Source: Spongiibacteraceae bacterium (GTDB taxonomy: Bacteria; Pseudomonadota; Gammaproteobacteria; Pseudomonadales; PIVM01). From it: DNA of 38,661 nt. Positions 26,514 to 35,205 of the stretch are shown one piece after another. The first letter of the stretch is position 1, and the number at the start of each line of letters is the position of its first letter. Under the pieces are notes generated by a model. That model was not told the DNA's origin. It saw only the letters and a list, made by a program, of their open reading frames with translations, and ran no database searches. Where the stretch lies: contig JAUXDF010000002.1 in the NCBI GenBank assembly GCA_030618505.1, positions 1-38,661 on the forward strand. Reading direction: 5' to 3'. The position numbers and the translations under genes are program-made.

Positions 26514-27197
26514 TTATGGTAATTTAAGCGTAAAACAACCACCGCCGGAGGGAAGATTGCTAATCTCAATCATGCCTTTTAATTCATCTTTCGTGTGCAT
26601 CGCTGCTATCTGGGCAGCAAAATACAAGCCCAAACTGGTGCTACCACTGTCAAAATCAATGCCTTTTACATAAGCAGAAGGTTCACGGATCATCATCTCC
26701 GGGTACCCTCTCCCATTATCCATCACCTTTATTTGTAGATATTCATCATCGATAGCGGCACTGATAACAATGCTGTCTTTGGTATATCTGGCAGCGTTTA
26801 CCAATATATTATTTAACACCCCGGCAATCAGGTCATCATCAAAATAGCCGGCAAGATTTTCCTCACACTGCACAGTGGTCGTGATATCACGAATATCAAA
26901 TAAGATACTATTTTGAGCTACTTGCTCCTCAAGGAAATCTCTAACAAATATCTCTTCAATATGAATAGGAAGCTCATCGCGCTGTAGCCTATATATACCG
27001 AGCAAGTAAATAAGATCATTTCGAATCCGGGATGCTTCACCCTGCAAAGTACAATATTTCTTTTTATGATTGTCTTCTTCGGCGGGGTATTCACTCATTA
27101 AATCCTCAAGGGAGGAGAGCAACATCCCCAGAGAGTTCTTCATATCATGAACAGAAGACGCTAACAGCAGGGAGAAATCATTATTGTTATCATTCAT
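26514..27197 (-). CDS. Soluble histidine kinase lacking a recognisable input domain
   Basis: H-box SVHDMKNSL, N-box NNILVNAARY, G1 MDNGRGYP, G2 GSTSLGL. No TM segment. ATGA overlap with the upstream response-regulator gene. Confidence 0.85.
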   Translation of the reverse strand: MNDNNNDFSLLLASSVHDMKNSLGMLLSSLEDLMSEYPAEEDNHKKKYCTLQGEASRIRNDLIYLLGIYRLQRDELPIHIEEIFVRDFLEEQVAQNSILFDIRDITTTVQCEENLAGYFDDDLIAGVLNNILVNAARYTKDSIVISAAIDDEYLQIKVMDNGRGYPEMMIREPSAYVKGIDFDSGSTSLGLYFAAQIAAMHTKDELKGMIEISNLPSGGGCFTLKLP

Positions 27198-28843
27198 GCT
27201 TTTTTATCCGCCCATTTTTCCAGTTGCTGTTTAAGGTTTTCCCGGAGCTTGTAAAACTGACTATCCTCTTCTAAATATTCCAATTTAATCAGTATGCGCT
27301 TACAGCGGGAAAGATAAATGCTGTCAGTGCCTGTTTTAACCATCTCTCTAACCAGGGCCATCGCCAGATTTAAATTCAGTGCCACATGATTAGGGAAGAT
27401 TCGCAAGGCTTTGTTAAAGAAATCGACAGCGCCTTTGAAGTCCTTGGCATCAAACAAGGCCTTTCCTTCGTGGTTAAACTCAAGCATTTTGGCTTTACCG
27501 GCCTGACTGACCGGCTCATCAAGGCAGTTATCAATGGCGTTGGTAACTGCCTCATCATCACGGTATTTTTCCGCCAGATTGGTAAGTACTTCCTTGGCCT
27601 TTTCGCTTTCACCATTGGCATGAAGCGCTCTGGCACGACTTAATATCACCTCGGGAGGCAACTCCTCTAAAGCTTCCATTTTTGATAAAGATTCTTCTGC
27701 CGATTTTAAAAACTCCTCCGCCTTATCCTCTTTTCCGGCAGCTTTCGCGGTCTCAAATTGCATATACTTGGTTCTGACCTGAACCCCTGCATCCCCGCAA
27801 AATCGTTTGCTCACTCGCTTCAACGTAGTGTTCGCATCCTCATAACGCCTTTTATCAAAGCCTGAACCACTATCTACCACCTTATTCAAACAACTGACAT
27901 AGTTAAAATAATTGCTCGGCTCTTCATGGCAGGAATGCAGGCCAATTTTGACGACTTTTTTATGCGCTTTCTCCGCTCTCTCCAGATCATCATTAGTTTC
28001 ACAGACTGCAGCCAATTTTATTTGTCGCAATATGGCTTCCGGTGAAAGCTCTGCGGCCTCTTCAAGAATCGCCTGAGCCTCGAAGGTATTACCCTTTTCA
28101 TTCAAGACCTCTGCCAAACAATCATGCACCTCAAGACAAGGACTGCGTTGCTGCAGCAAACTTCGAAAAACCTCTTCAGATTTATCCAGCATACCGACAC
28201 CCATCAGCGCCTTTCCCAAACCGATCATCGCCCAGACCATCTGGCGTTCTTTCAAGGCATCCTGATAGAGAGCTATCGCCTCTTTATATTGCTTGGTACG
28301 CAACATAAAGTTACCCAGCATCTTTGTACATAAAGTGCGGTATTTATCATTCAGAGCTATTTTATCTTCACATAATTCGATAGCTAGCTCGTACTGCTCA
28401 TTGTCTGCAGCCTCATTAATCGCACTCAACTCGTTCCTGGCAATAAGCAGTGCATCAAGACGTTTTTGCAGATAAGGCGGTGAAAATGGTTTGGCGATAT
28501 AGGCATCAGGCTGATTTTCTATGGCACTGTAAACCTTGTCACGAGTGGTTTCAGCGGTAATCATCAAGTACAGACTGGAGTGTTTGATCAGGTTTCGAAA
28601 TCGCATTTCCTCCAACAACTGCTGTCCGTTCTTTTTCTCCCCCAGATTAAAATCAGCCAGAATAATGTCATATCTGTGCTTCATGCACATCTCCATCGCC
28701 TCTTCACATTTGCTGGCGGTATCCACATGCTCGGAGCCAAATTTAGCCAACAAGCGTTTTATCGACGCACGGATATCAGGATAATCATCGACCACCAAAC
28801 ATTTTTTGTTTTTATAGAGTCGAACAATATCGATCTGCAGCAT
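27194..28843 (-). CDS. Response regulator: receiver domain + long TPR domain (no DNA-binding output)
   Basis: REC motifs VVDD, ILADFNL and AKPF. About 400 aa of TPR-like repeats follow. Confidence 0.85.
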   Translation of the reverse strand: MLQIDIVRLYKNKKCLVVDDYPDIRASIKRLLAKFGSEHVDTASKCEEAMEMCMKHRYDIILADFNLGEKKNGQQLLEEMRFRNLIKHSSLYLMITAETTRDKVYSAIENQPDAYIAKPFSPPYLQKRLDALLIARNELSAINEAADNEQYELAIELCEDKIALNDKYRTLCTKMLGNFMLRTKQYKEAIALYQDALKERQMVWAMIGLGKALMGVGMLDKSEEVFRSLLQQRSPCLEVHDCLAEVLNEKGNTFEAQAILEEAAELSPEAILRQIKLAAVCETNDDLERAEKAHKKVVKIGLHSCHEEPSNYFNYVSCLNKVVDSGSGFDKRRYEDANTTLKRVSKRFCGDAGVQVRTKYMQFETAKAAGKEDKAEEFLKSAEESLSKMEALEELPPEVILSRARALHANGESEKAKEVLTNLAEKYRDDEAVTNAIDNCLDEPVSQAGKAKMLEFNHEGKALFDAKDFKGAVDFFNKALRIFPNHVALNLNLAMALVREMVKTGTDSIYLSRCKRILIKLEYLEEDSQFYKLRENLKQQLEKWADKKA

Positions 28844-29049
28844 AATGTATGAGCCAAAGCTGTTAAATAAAATACGGGTTATAAATGAGTCTAGATCAGC
28901 CTGCCACGCTTTGCAGGCTTAAGAGCATGAAAATCCACAGTTTTCGTGGAGTCCGCCACAGATATACCTCTATTTTGTCCAGAAAAGCCGTTATAATCTT
29001 TTAACCTTAAGCCTTAAAATATTATTCATTTCGCGAAGCAGTACAAATT

Positions 29050-31902
29050 ATGTTCATTCGTTATAGCTTGAGCGCAATCACTCCCCTGCTGCTTTTGCTG
29101 GGTCTGACCGTTTTTGCCATCAATGGCGAGGCGGCTTCGCCTCCCCCCTTCAATAACTGGCAAACTATCGAAACCGATCACTTTCGTATTAATTATGAAA
29201 AACCACATGCCAGGCAGGCACAACATCTGGCGGATATCGCCGAATCGGTCTATCCGAAAATCACCCAATACCTGGACTGGCAACCCAAGCGCAAGACGCA
29301 GGTAAACCTGTTTGACTTTACCGATGCTACCCACGGTTGGGCAAATATTCTCCCCTACCCACTCACCGGGATATTTATGACCCCACCGGATGAGGGAGAA
29401 CTACTTGGCAATGACGATTGGCTACAGCTGCTATTTACCCACGAATTTCTTCATATCGTCCATCTCGACAAAGTACGCACAACACCGGCCAGCCTGCAAA
29501 ATATTTTCGGGCGCCACCGCTGGCTGTTTCCAAATCGTTTTCAGCCCGCCTGGGTCAGTGAGGGTCTGGCGACCTATACTGAATCTCACTTCAGTCTGGT
29601 GAATGGCGGACGAGCACTAAGCCCCTATTATGAAATGTTGATGCGCCTGGAAGTCGCCCAGGGTTTAAAGCCCATCGAGGAAATCAACACTAATGGCAAC
29701 TTCTGGCCGCTGAACCATAGCTATCTCTACGGCAGCTATTTTTTCGTGTTTTTGGAAGAGGAGTACGGCGACAAGGTTATTAGCCGCTATGTAAATGACT
29801 ATAGCGACAACCTGGTTCCCTATCGAATTGTCAGCAATCCGCTAAAGACCACCGGGCTGAAACTGCCACAACTCTGGCAGCGCTTTGAGCAGTGGTTGCA
29901 CCAACGCTTTGATCCACAGATTGCACAGATACGCGAACAGGGAGAAGTGGGCGGAGAAGCATTAACCAATAGCGGTTTTTTCTCAGCTAACCCCGTGCAA
30001 AACAATCTCGGTGAACTCTATTTTGTTGAAAACGATGCGGGCAGCCATGCCTATTTAGCCCAGCTCATTTCAGGCAAAAAGAAAGAAGAACAAACAAAAC
30101 GCTATCGTCGACTGACAAAGGTGCAACCCGGTGCCCGAATCGACAGTCACCCCACCGAAGGCATTATCATCGCCCAGCCTGAGATATGCGACCATAATCG
30201 CAGTTACTACGACCTGTTTCTACTTCCTCGAGACGAAGGCAAACCTCGGCGCCTGACCAAATGCTCCCGTTACCGGCTCGCCAGCTGGCACCCCAATGGC
30301 AAACAACTGGCCGCAGTGCATGTTAATCAGGGTATCGTGCGTATTGACCTGTTATCGTCTGATGCTGTTCCTCTTGATACGCTGTATCGAGGCGGGACGA
30401 ACGAAGCCATTAACGCCATCGACTGGTCTCCGGACGGACAGCGGTTATTGGTCAGTCGAAAAATCAATCAGCAGTGGGATCTGTATTATCTGGATGTCAC
30501 GAGTCACCAATGGCAACAGATTACCGATGACAAGGTAACCCAGTTAAATGGCCGCTTCAGCGATGATGGACAACATATTGTTTACAGCAGCGACAAGGAT
30601 GACCAATTTCGAATAAAGTTACTTGATACCGAAAGCGGCACTGTCAGCACCCTCAGCAATCGACTTGGTGCATCGTTACACCCATCCGGTTATGGCGAGA
30701 AAGGTGTGCTGGCTTATACCGCAATCGACAGCGAGGGGCAGGACATTTACCAACTTGGCTTAAACGAGACACAGATAGAAAAATTCATATTACCCACTCC
30801 CCAAACTGTCGCGACAACAGACAGCAGCAGCCCCGAAAACGCTACTACTGTCGAGTATCAAAGCACGCGTTACAACCCCCTGCGCAGTATTGCGCCAACG
30901 TCTTGGGAGCCCGTCTGGCGAACCGATGATGGCGACAGCACCGCGTTGGGCATCAGCGTATCGGGACAAGATGCGGTTGGGCTGCATTTTTACAATGCTC
31001 AGCTATTGTATGAAACCGATGTAAAAGAATACTTCGGCACCATCAACTATATTTTTGACCAACGCCTTTTCCTCAGTTTCGACAAGGAGTTTGATGTTGA
31101 AGTGGTTGTTGATGGTAAAACCAGCATCTACGAAACCAATACCGAATACCAGATGGCCTATACCTTTCCCTTTGACACACTGGATGAGCGCTGGCATATC
31201 TCCCCCGCCTACAGTTTCGAGCGCGTTAAATACAAATCAAGGGACAGCTCCCTACAAGCGGCAAGAGAAAACGTCCTCGGCATACATTTTTCATACAGCA
31301 ACGTGCAACAGTACATACTCTCACACGGCCCCGCCGAGGGAAGATCCATTGAGTTTATTGTCGAGAGTTATGACTGGCTTAACAACGATTTTACCGGCGA
31401 GGTATACACCCTCGACTGGCATGAATATATCCCCGCTTTTGGCACAACTTTAGCGCTACGCTTTATGCAAGGCTGGGGAACAGAAAATCCAACGAAATTT
31501 GAGCTCGGTGGTGTATTTTCCGAATACGAATTTGATATACCGCGTATTAATCAACGCAGTTATTCGCTTCGAGGCTATAGCACCAACGCCACTTACCTGC
31601 GAGGCCGACGTGCCCGCCTGGGCAGTGCAGAGTGGCGAATACCAATTAATCAAAAATATTACTCTTATATGGTACCGCCTATAGGTTTTGGCAAAATGTC
31701 TACCATTCTTTTTGCTGAAAGCGGCGCTGCCTGGGATAAGGGCGGATCGCCAGATAGCTACTATTCATCCGCCGGCGCCGAATTTATCGCAGAAATTATT
31801 CTTGGTTATAACCTGGTGCTGGATACTCGCCTGGGCTATGCCCATGGTTTTGATGAGATTGGTGAAGACCGTTATTATGTGCGTATTGGCAGGGCATTTT
31901 AA
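29050..31902 (+). CDS. Secreted fusion protein: gluzincin-like metallopeptidase domain + PD40/TolB-like beta-propeller + Omp85-type C-terminal beta-barrel
   Basis: Signal peptide ending INGEA. HEFLH at aa 131-135 (nt 29440-29454) with WVSEGLATY downstream. PD40-like repeats WHPNGKQLAAV, WSPDGQRLLVS and FSDDGQHIVYSS. The C-terminus (LRGY...AEWRIP...FAESGAAW...RIGRAF) resembles the bacterial surface antigen barrel. Confidence 0.7.
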   Translation: MFIRYSLSAITPLLLLLGLTVFAINGEAASPPPFNNWQTIETDHFRINYEKPHARQAQHLADIAESVYPKITQYLDWQPKRKTQVNLFDFTDATHGWANILPYPLTGIFMTPPDEGELLGNDDWLQLLFTHEFLHIVHLDKVRTTPASLQNIFGRHRWLFPNRFQPAWVSEGLATYTESHFSLVNGGRALSPYYEMLMRLEVAQGLKPIEEINTNGNFWPLNHSYLYGSYFFVFLEEEYGDKVISRYVNDYSDNLVPYRIVSNPLKTTGLKLPQLWQRFEQWLHQRFDPQIAQIREQGEVGGEALTNSGFFSANPVQNNLGELYFVENDAGSHAYLAQLISGKKKEEQTKRYRRLTKVQPGARIDSHPTEGIIIAQPEICDHNRSYYDLFLLPRDEGKPRRLTKCSRYRLASWHPNGKQLAAVHVNQGIVRIDLLSSDAVPLDTLYRGGTNEAINAIDWSPDGQRLLVSRKINQQWDLYYLDVTSHQWQQITDDKVTQLNGRFSDDGQHIVYSSDKDDQFRIKLLDTESGTVSTLSNRLGASLHPSGYGEKGVLAYTAIDSEGQDIYQLGLNETQIEKFILPTPQTVATTDSSSPENATTVEYQSTRYNPLRSIAPTSWEPVWRTDDGDSTALGISVSGQDAVGLHFYNAQLLYETDVKEYFGTINYIFDQRLFLSFDKEFDVEVVVDGKTSIYETNTEYQMAYTFPFDTLDERWHISPAYSFERVKYKSRDSSLQAARENVLGIHFSYSNVQQYILSHGPAEGRSIEFIVESYDWLNNDFTGEVYTLDWHEYIPAFGTTLALRFMQGWGTENPTKFELGGVFSEYEFDIPRINQRSYSLRGYSTNATYLRGRRARLGSAEWRIPINQKYYSYMVPPIGFGKMSTILFAESGAAWDKGGSPDSYYSSAGAEFIAEIILGYNLVLDTRLGYAHGFDEIGEDRYYVRIGRAF

Positions 31903-32116
31903 CAGTGGGCACTTGTAGCAGCCCAGCGCTGCAATATCAGCATGCCCCCCAACAATCACCCTCATAGCATCATTTTACTAACACAAAAAAACGTCAGAAA
32001 ACTGATATCAATCAAGGTAGACAGCCAAACAATTAACCACAAAGAAGTGAACATGAACTATGATTAAGGACTTCCCTTCAAATTAATTATTCTGCAAACG
32101 AGAAGAAAAGCCAAAA

Positions 32117-32851
32117 GTGAAGCAAGCACTCACAGCATTTCTGAAAACGCTATTAAATAGCGCACGCGACCTGCTTCCAATCGTTGCTGTCGTGCTCTTT
32201 TTTCAATTTGTGGTACTCCAGCAACCACTGCCCAACATGGCAGGGCTGATCATCGGTATGGCCTTCGTGGTACTGGGTTTAACCTTTTTTATCTACGGCT
32301 TGGAAATGGGTCTATTCCCCATCGGCGAATCAATGGCTCATGCTTTTGCCCGTAAAGGCAGTATATTCTGGTTGCTAACGTTTGCTTTCGCCCTTGGTTT
32401 TGGCACCACTATCGCAGAACCTGCACTTATTGCGGTGGCGAAAGAAGCCGCCACCATCGCCGCAGAAGGCAATATGATAGTGAACACCGAAGAGGCAAGA
32501 TCAAGCTACGCCTCCGGGTTGCGTTTAACCGTGGCTTTTTCGGTTGGCCTTGCTATTGTTATTGGCGTACTGAGAATATTGAAGGGCTGGCCAATTCAGT
32601 ACCTTATTGTTGGCGGTTATATTCTTGTGGTTTTAATGACCACCATTGCGCCGAAAGAAATTATTGGTATAGCCTATGATTCCGGCGGCGTCACTACTTC
32701 CACCATTACCGTACCGCTGGTAACGGCACTCGGGGTAGGCCTCGCATCCTCCATTAAAGGGCGAAACCCAATGATCGACGGCTTTGGCTTAATTGCCTTT
32801 GCCTCATTAACACCGATGATCTTTGTGATGGCTTACGGGATGTTAATATGA
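32117..32851 (+). CDS. DUF1538-family integral membrane protein (paralog 1)
   Basis: Polytopic membrane protein. Motifs [22 protein letters not shown] and [17 protein letters not shown] are shared with the next gene. GTG start. Confidence 0.7.
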   Translation: MKQALTAFLKTLLNSARDLLPIVAVVLFFQFVVLQQPLPNMAGLIIGMAFVVLGLTFFIYGLEMGLFPIGESMAHAFARKGSIFWLLTFAFALGFGTTIAEPALIAVAKEAATIAAEGNMIVNTEEARSSYASGLRLTVAFSVGLAIVIGVLRILKGWPIQYLIVGGYILVVLMTTIAPKEIIGIAYDSGGVTTSTITVPLVTALGVGLASSIKGRNPMIDGFGLIAFASLTPMIFVMAYGMLI

Positions 32852-33648
32852 TCGAGCTCCTCAAAGAATTTTTCATGATGTTCCTGTCCACGATTGTGGA
32901 TGTGCTTCCCATCATCACCATTATTTTTGCCTTCCAGCTTTTTGTTATCCGCCGCCCCGTTCCCAATATCAAAAAGGTCTGCTTTGGTTTTATCTACGTT
33001 TTGATCGGCTTGTCACTTTTTCTGCTGGGACTTGAGAAGGCTCTATTTCCACTTGGCCGGACAATGGCCGAGCAGCTCACCGCAGCTAACTTTATCACCG
33101 AAAGCGGAGATCTTACACTCGTCAGCTGGAAGGATTATTACTGGGTATATCTATTTGCATTTATGATCGGCTTTAGCACTACTATCGCAGAACCATCACT
33201 AATGGCCGTCGCTATTAAGGCCAATGAAGTATCGGGTGGTGCAATTGGTATCTGGGGTTTGCGGATAGCCGTTGCCTTCGGTGTGGCCTTTGGCATTTCG
33301 CTGGGGAGCTATCGCATTGTGGTGGGTCATCCGATCCACTACTACATTATCGCTGGCTATATTGTCGTTGTAATACAAACTTTTTTTGCTCCCAAGCTGA
33401 TCATCCCCCTGGCCTACGACTCAGGCGGCGTCACCACCTCAACAGTAACAGTTCCACTGGTTGCAGCTCTGGGTTTGGGCTTATCAGAGACAGTACCGGG
33501 AAGAAGCCCTTTGATTGACGGTTTTGGCCTAATCGCCTTTGCCAGCTTGTTCCCGATCATATCCGTGATGTTTTACGCACAGCTCGCTGAAGCACGATCA
33601 CGGCTGGAATTTTTTAAAAACAGAAACAACGAAAACAAAAAAGCTTAG
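32848..33648 (+). CDS. DUF1538-family integral membrane protein (paralog 2)
   Basis: Same motif set ([39 protein letters not shown]). ATGA overlap with paralog 1. Confidence 0.7.
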   Translation: MIELLKEFFMMFLSTIVDVLPIITIIFAFQLFVIRRPVPNIKKVCFGFIYVLIGLSLFLLGLEKALFPLGRTMAEQLTAANFITESGDLTLVSWKDYYWVYLFAFMIGFSTTIAEPSLMAVAIKANEVSGGAIGIWGLRIAVAFGVAFGISLGSYRIVVGHPIHYYIIAGYIVVVIQTFFAPKLIIPLAYDSGGVTTSTVTVPLVAALGLGLSETVPGRSPLIDGFGLIAFASLFPIISVMFYAQLAEARSRLEFFKNRNNENKKA

Positions 33649-33658
33649 GAGATCCCTT

Positions 33659-34009
33659 ATGCATTTTAAAATGATTATTGTCTTTGTCGAAGATGACAAG
33701 ACCGATGCCGTGGTGAAAGCAGCGCGCCATGCTGGGGCAACTGGTTCAACAATCATCAACAATGCCAGAGGCGAAGGACTGAAAAAAAATAAAACGTTTT
33801 TTGGTCTATCACTGGAAACCCAGAGAGACGTTTTACTTTTTTTGGTAGAAGAACATCTTAGCCGACATATACTCGAGGAAATCGGCAAAGCAGGACATTT
33901 TGATGACAGCCCTGGCACAGGCATCGCTGTTCAAATTGATGTTGAGGATGCCATCGGGGTAAAACACCAGATTGAGAAACTAGCCGATATCGTGGAGAAA
34001 GAGCTATGA
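33659..34009 (+). CDS. PII-like signal-transduction protein
   Basis: 116 aa. Beta-alpha-beta pattern MIIVFVEDDKTDAVVKAARHAGATGSTII, then a T-loop-like ARGEGLKKNKTFFG segment, then GTGIAVQIDVEDAIG. Confidence 0.65.
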   Translation: MHFKMIIVFVEDDKTDAVVKAARHAGATGSTIINNARGEGLKKNKTFFGLSLETQRDVLLFLVEEHLSRHILEEIGKAGHFDDSPGTGIAVQIDVEDAIGVKHQIEKLADIVEKEL

Positions 34010-34413
34010 GTGAAAAAACACTGATTCGCACACGCGAGATAATGACCAAGCAACATATCGAACTTGATGGTTTGATGACCGTAGCAGATGCCATTAAGGA
34101 AATGGCCGCCGCCAAGGCCAATGTGCTGATTGTTAAAAAACGTGATCAAGATGATGAATACGGTATCGTTCAGTTATCGGATATTGCCAAAAAAGTATTG
34201 GCAAAAGATCGCTCTGCCGATCGGGTAAATATCTATGAGATCATGACAAAGCCGGTTATCAGCGTCTCTCCTGATATGGATGTTCGTTACTGCTCACGAC
34301 TTTTTGAACAGTTTGGTTTATCCAGCGTACCGGTCATTGAGCAAGGCGAGATTATTGGAATGGTGGGATACACTGAGCTGGTTCTGCAGGGGCTGCTAAA
34401 ATTGCAAGAATAG
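34006..34413 (+). CDS. CBS-pair domain protein
   Basis: 135 aa with two CBS-like motifs (IMTKQHIELD...ANVLIV and IMTKPVISVSPD...SSVPVIEQGEIIGMV). ATGA overlap with the PII-like gene. Confidence 0.75.
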   Translation: MSEKTLIRTREIMTKQHIELDGLMTVADAIKEMAAAKANVLIVKKRDQDDEYGIVQLSDIAKKVLAKDRSADRVNIYEIMTKPVISVSPDMDVRYCSRLFEQFGLSSVPVIEQGEIIGMVGYTELVLQGLLKLQE

Positions 34414-34431
34414 GAGGATTAGCATTTGATT

Positions 34432-34470
34432 CCAGCCAAGTAGGGTGCGCCCCGCGCACCACTTGCCTGG
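34432..34470. repeat. REP copy embedded in a longer hairpin between convergent genes (possible bidirectional terminator)
   Basis: GTAGGGTGCGCCCCGCGCACC at 34440-34460 contains the hairpin GGTGCGC-CCC-GCGCACC. Outer arms CCAGCCAAGT at 34432-34441 and ACTTGCCTGG at 34461-34470 pair at 9/10 positions. Confidence 0.6.
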
Positions 34471-34524
34471 CTTCCACACAGAAGCACGGAAACATTCTGC
34501 CAAACAGTGCTTTTACTCACGCAA

Positions 34525-35058
34525 CTATTTCCCCTGCCCCGCTATATTTTTCTCCAGCTGATCTTCACGTGATGGTTTCATGCCGATGGTACGCCCTTCC
34601 ATCAAGGCGGCACTGTGCGCCACACCACTTTGTAGCTTATACATAGTCCAAACCATACCCACACGATTGGCTGATCCACAGTGAATCAACATAGGATAAT
34701 TATCTTCATTTTCTACCAGGGTTTTGAACTGAGTGAACACTTCAGCGGTAGGCCAGCTCTTGCCAACCGGAATATTGTGATAGGAAAGCTCCGCTTTTTT
34801 GGCCAGCTCAGCCTCATCCGACGTCCCCTCTGAGACGGTTCTCAAATCTACAATGGTTTTAAAACCATGGGACTTCAATTCTTCAAGTGCTCCCGGGGCG
34901 AGTTTCCCGGAAGTTGCCACATAGGGCGTGTGACGATGATAGTTATAAACCTTATCACTAACCACATCACCAAAAGGCACTTGAGAAGCCGCCATCGAGG
35001 CCTGAGCCATTAAAATAGAAACAATAAAAACACTGAGTTTTACAGCGAAAGTGCGCAT
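34525..35058 (-). CDS. Secreted DUF442/PTP-superfamily protein (phosphatase- or sulfur-transferase-like)
   Basis: Signal peptide ending SMAAS. P-loop-like LIHCGSANRVG motif. 177 aa. Confidence 0.6.
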   Translation of the reverse strand: MRTFAVKLSVFIVSILMAQASMAASQVPFGDVVSDKVYNYHRHTPYVATSGKLAPGALEELKSHGFKTIVDLRTVSEGTSDEAELAKKAELSYHNIPVGKSWPTAEVFTQFKTLVENEDNYPMLIHCGSANRVGMVWTMYKLQSGVAHSAALMEGRTIGMKPSREDQLEKNIAGQGK

Positions 35059-35092
35059 AGTCTTTGTCCTGTTAGTACATGGGGTTAGCCTA

Positions 35093-35133
35093 AGTATATT
35101 AGCATAAGCTTAAATAGCAATGCTTATATTAGC
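35093..35133 (-). promoter_or_regulatory. Candidate sigma70 promoter with repeated GCTAATATA boxes
   Basis: On the minus strand: TTGCTA (35120-35115), a 16-nt spacer, then TATACT (35098-35093). TATATTAGC repeats at 35095-35103 and 35125-35133 are 30 bp apart. The first overlaps the -10 element. Confidence 0.4.
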
Positions 35134-35205
35134 CCACCCTAATACTATGCCTTCTGCTCATTTCAACACTGCACGATTTTTTCCACAGACTCACAAATCA
35201 GGGTT

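Noticed and set aside
29026-29334. 102-aa minus-strand ORF overlapping the start of the 950-aa gene
   Set aside because: It lies antisense to a signal-peptide-encoding 5' end and has no motifs. It is likely spurious.
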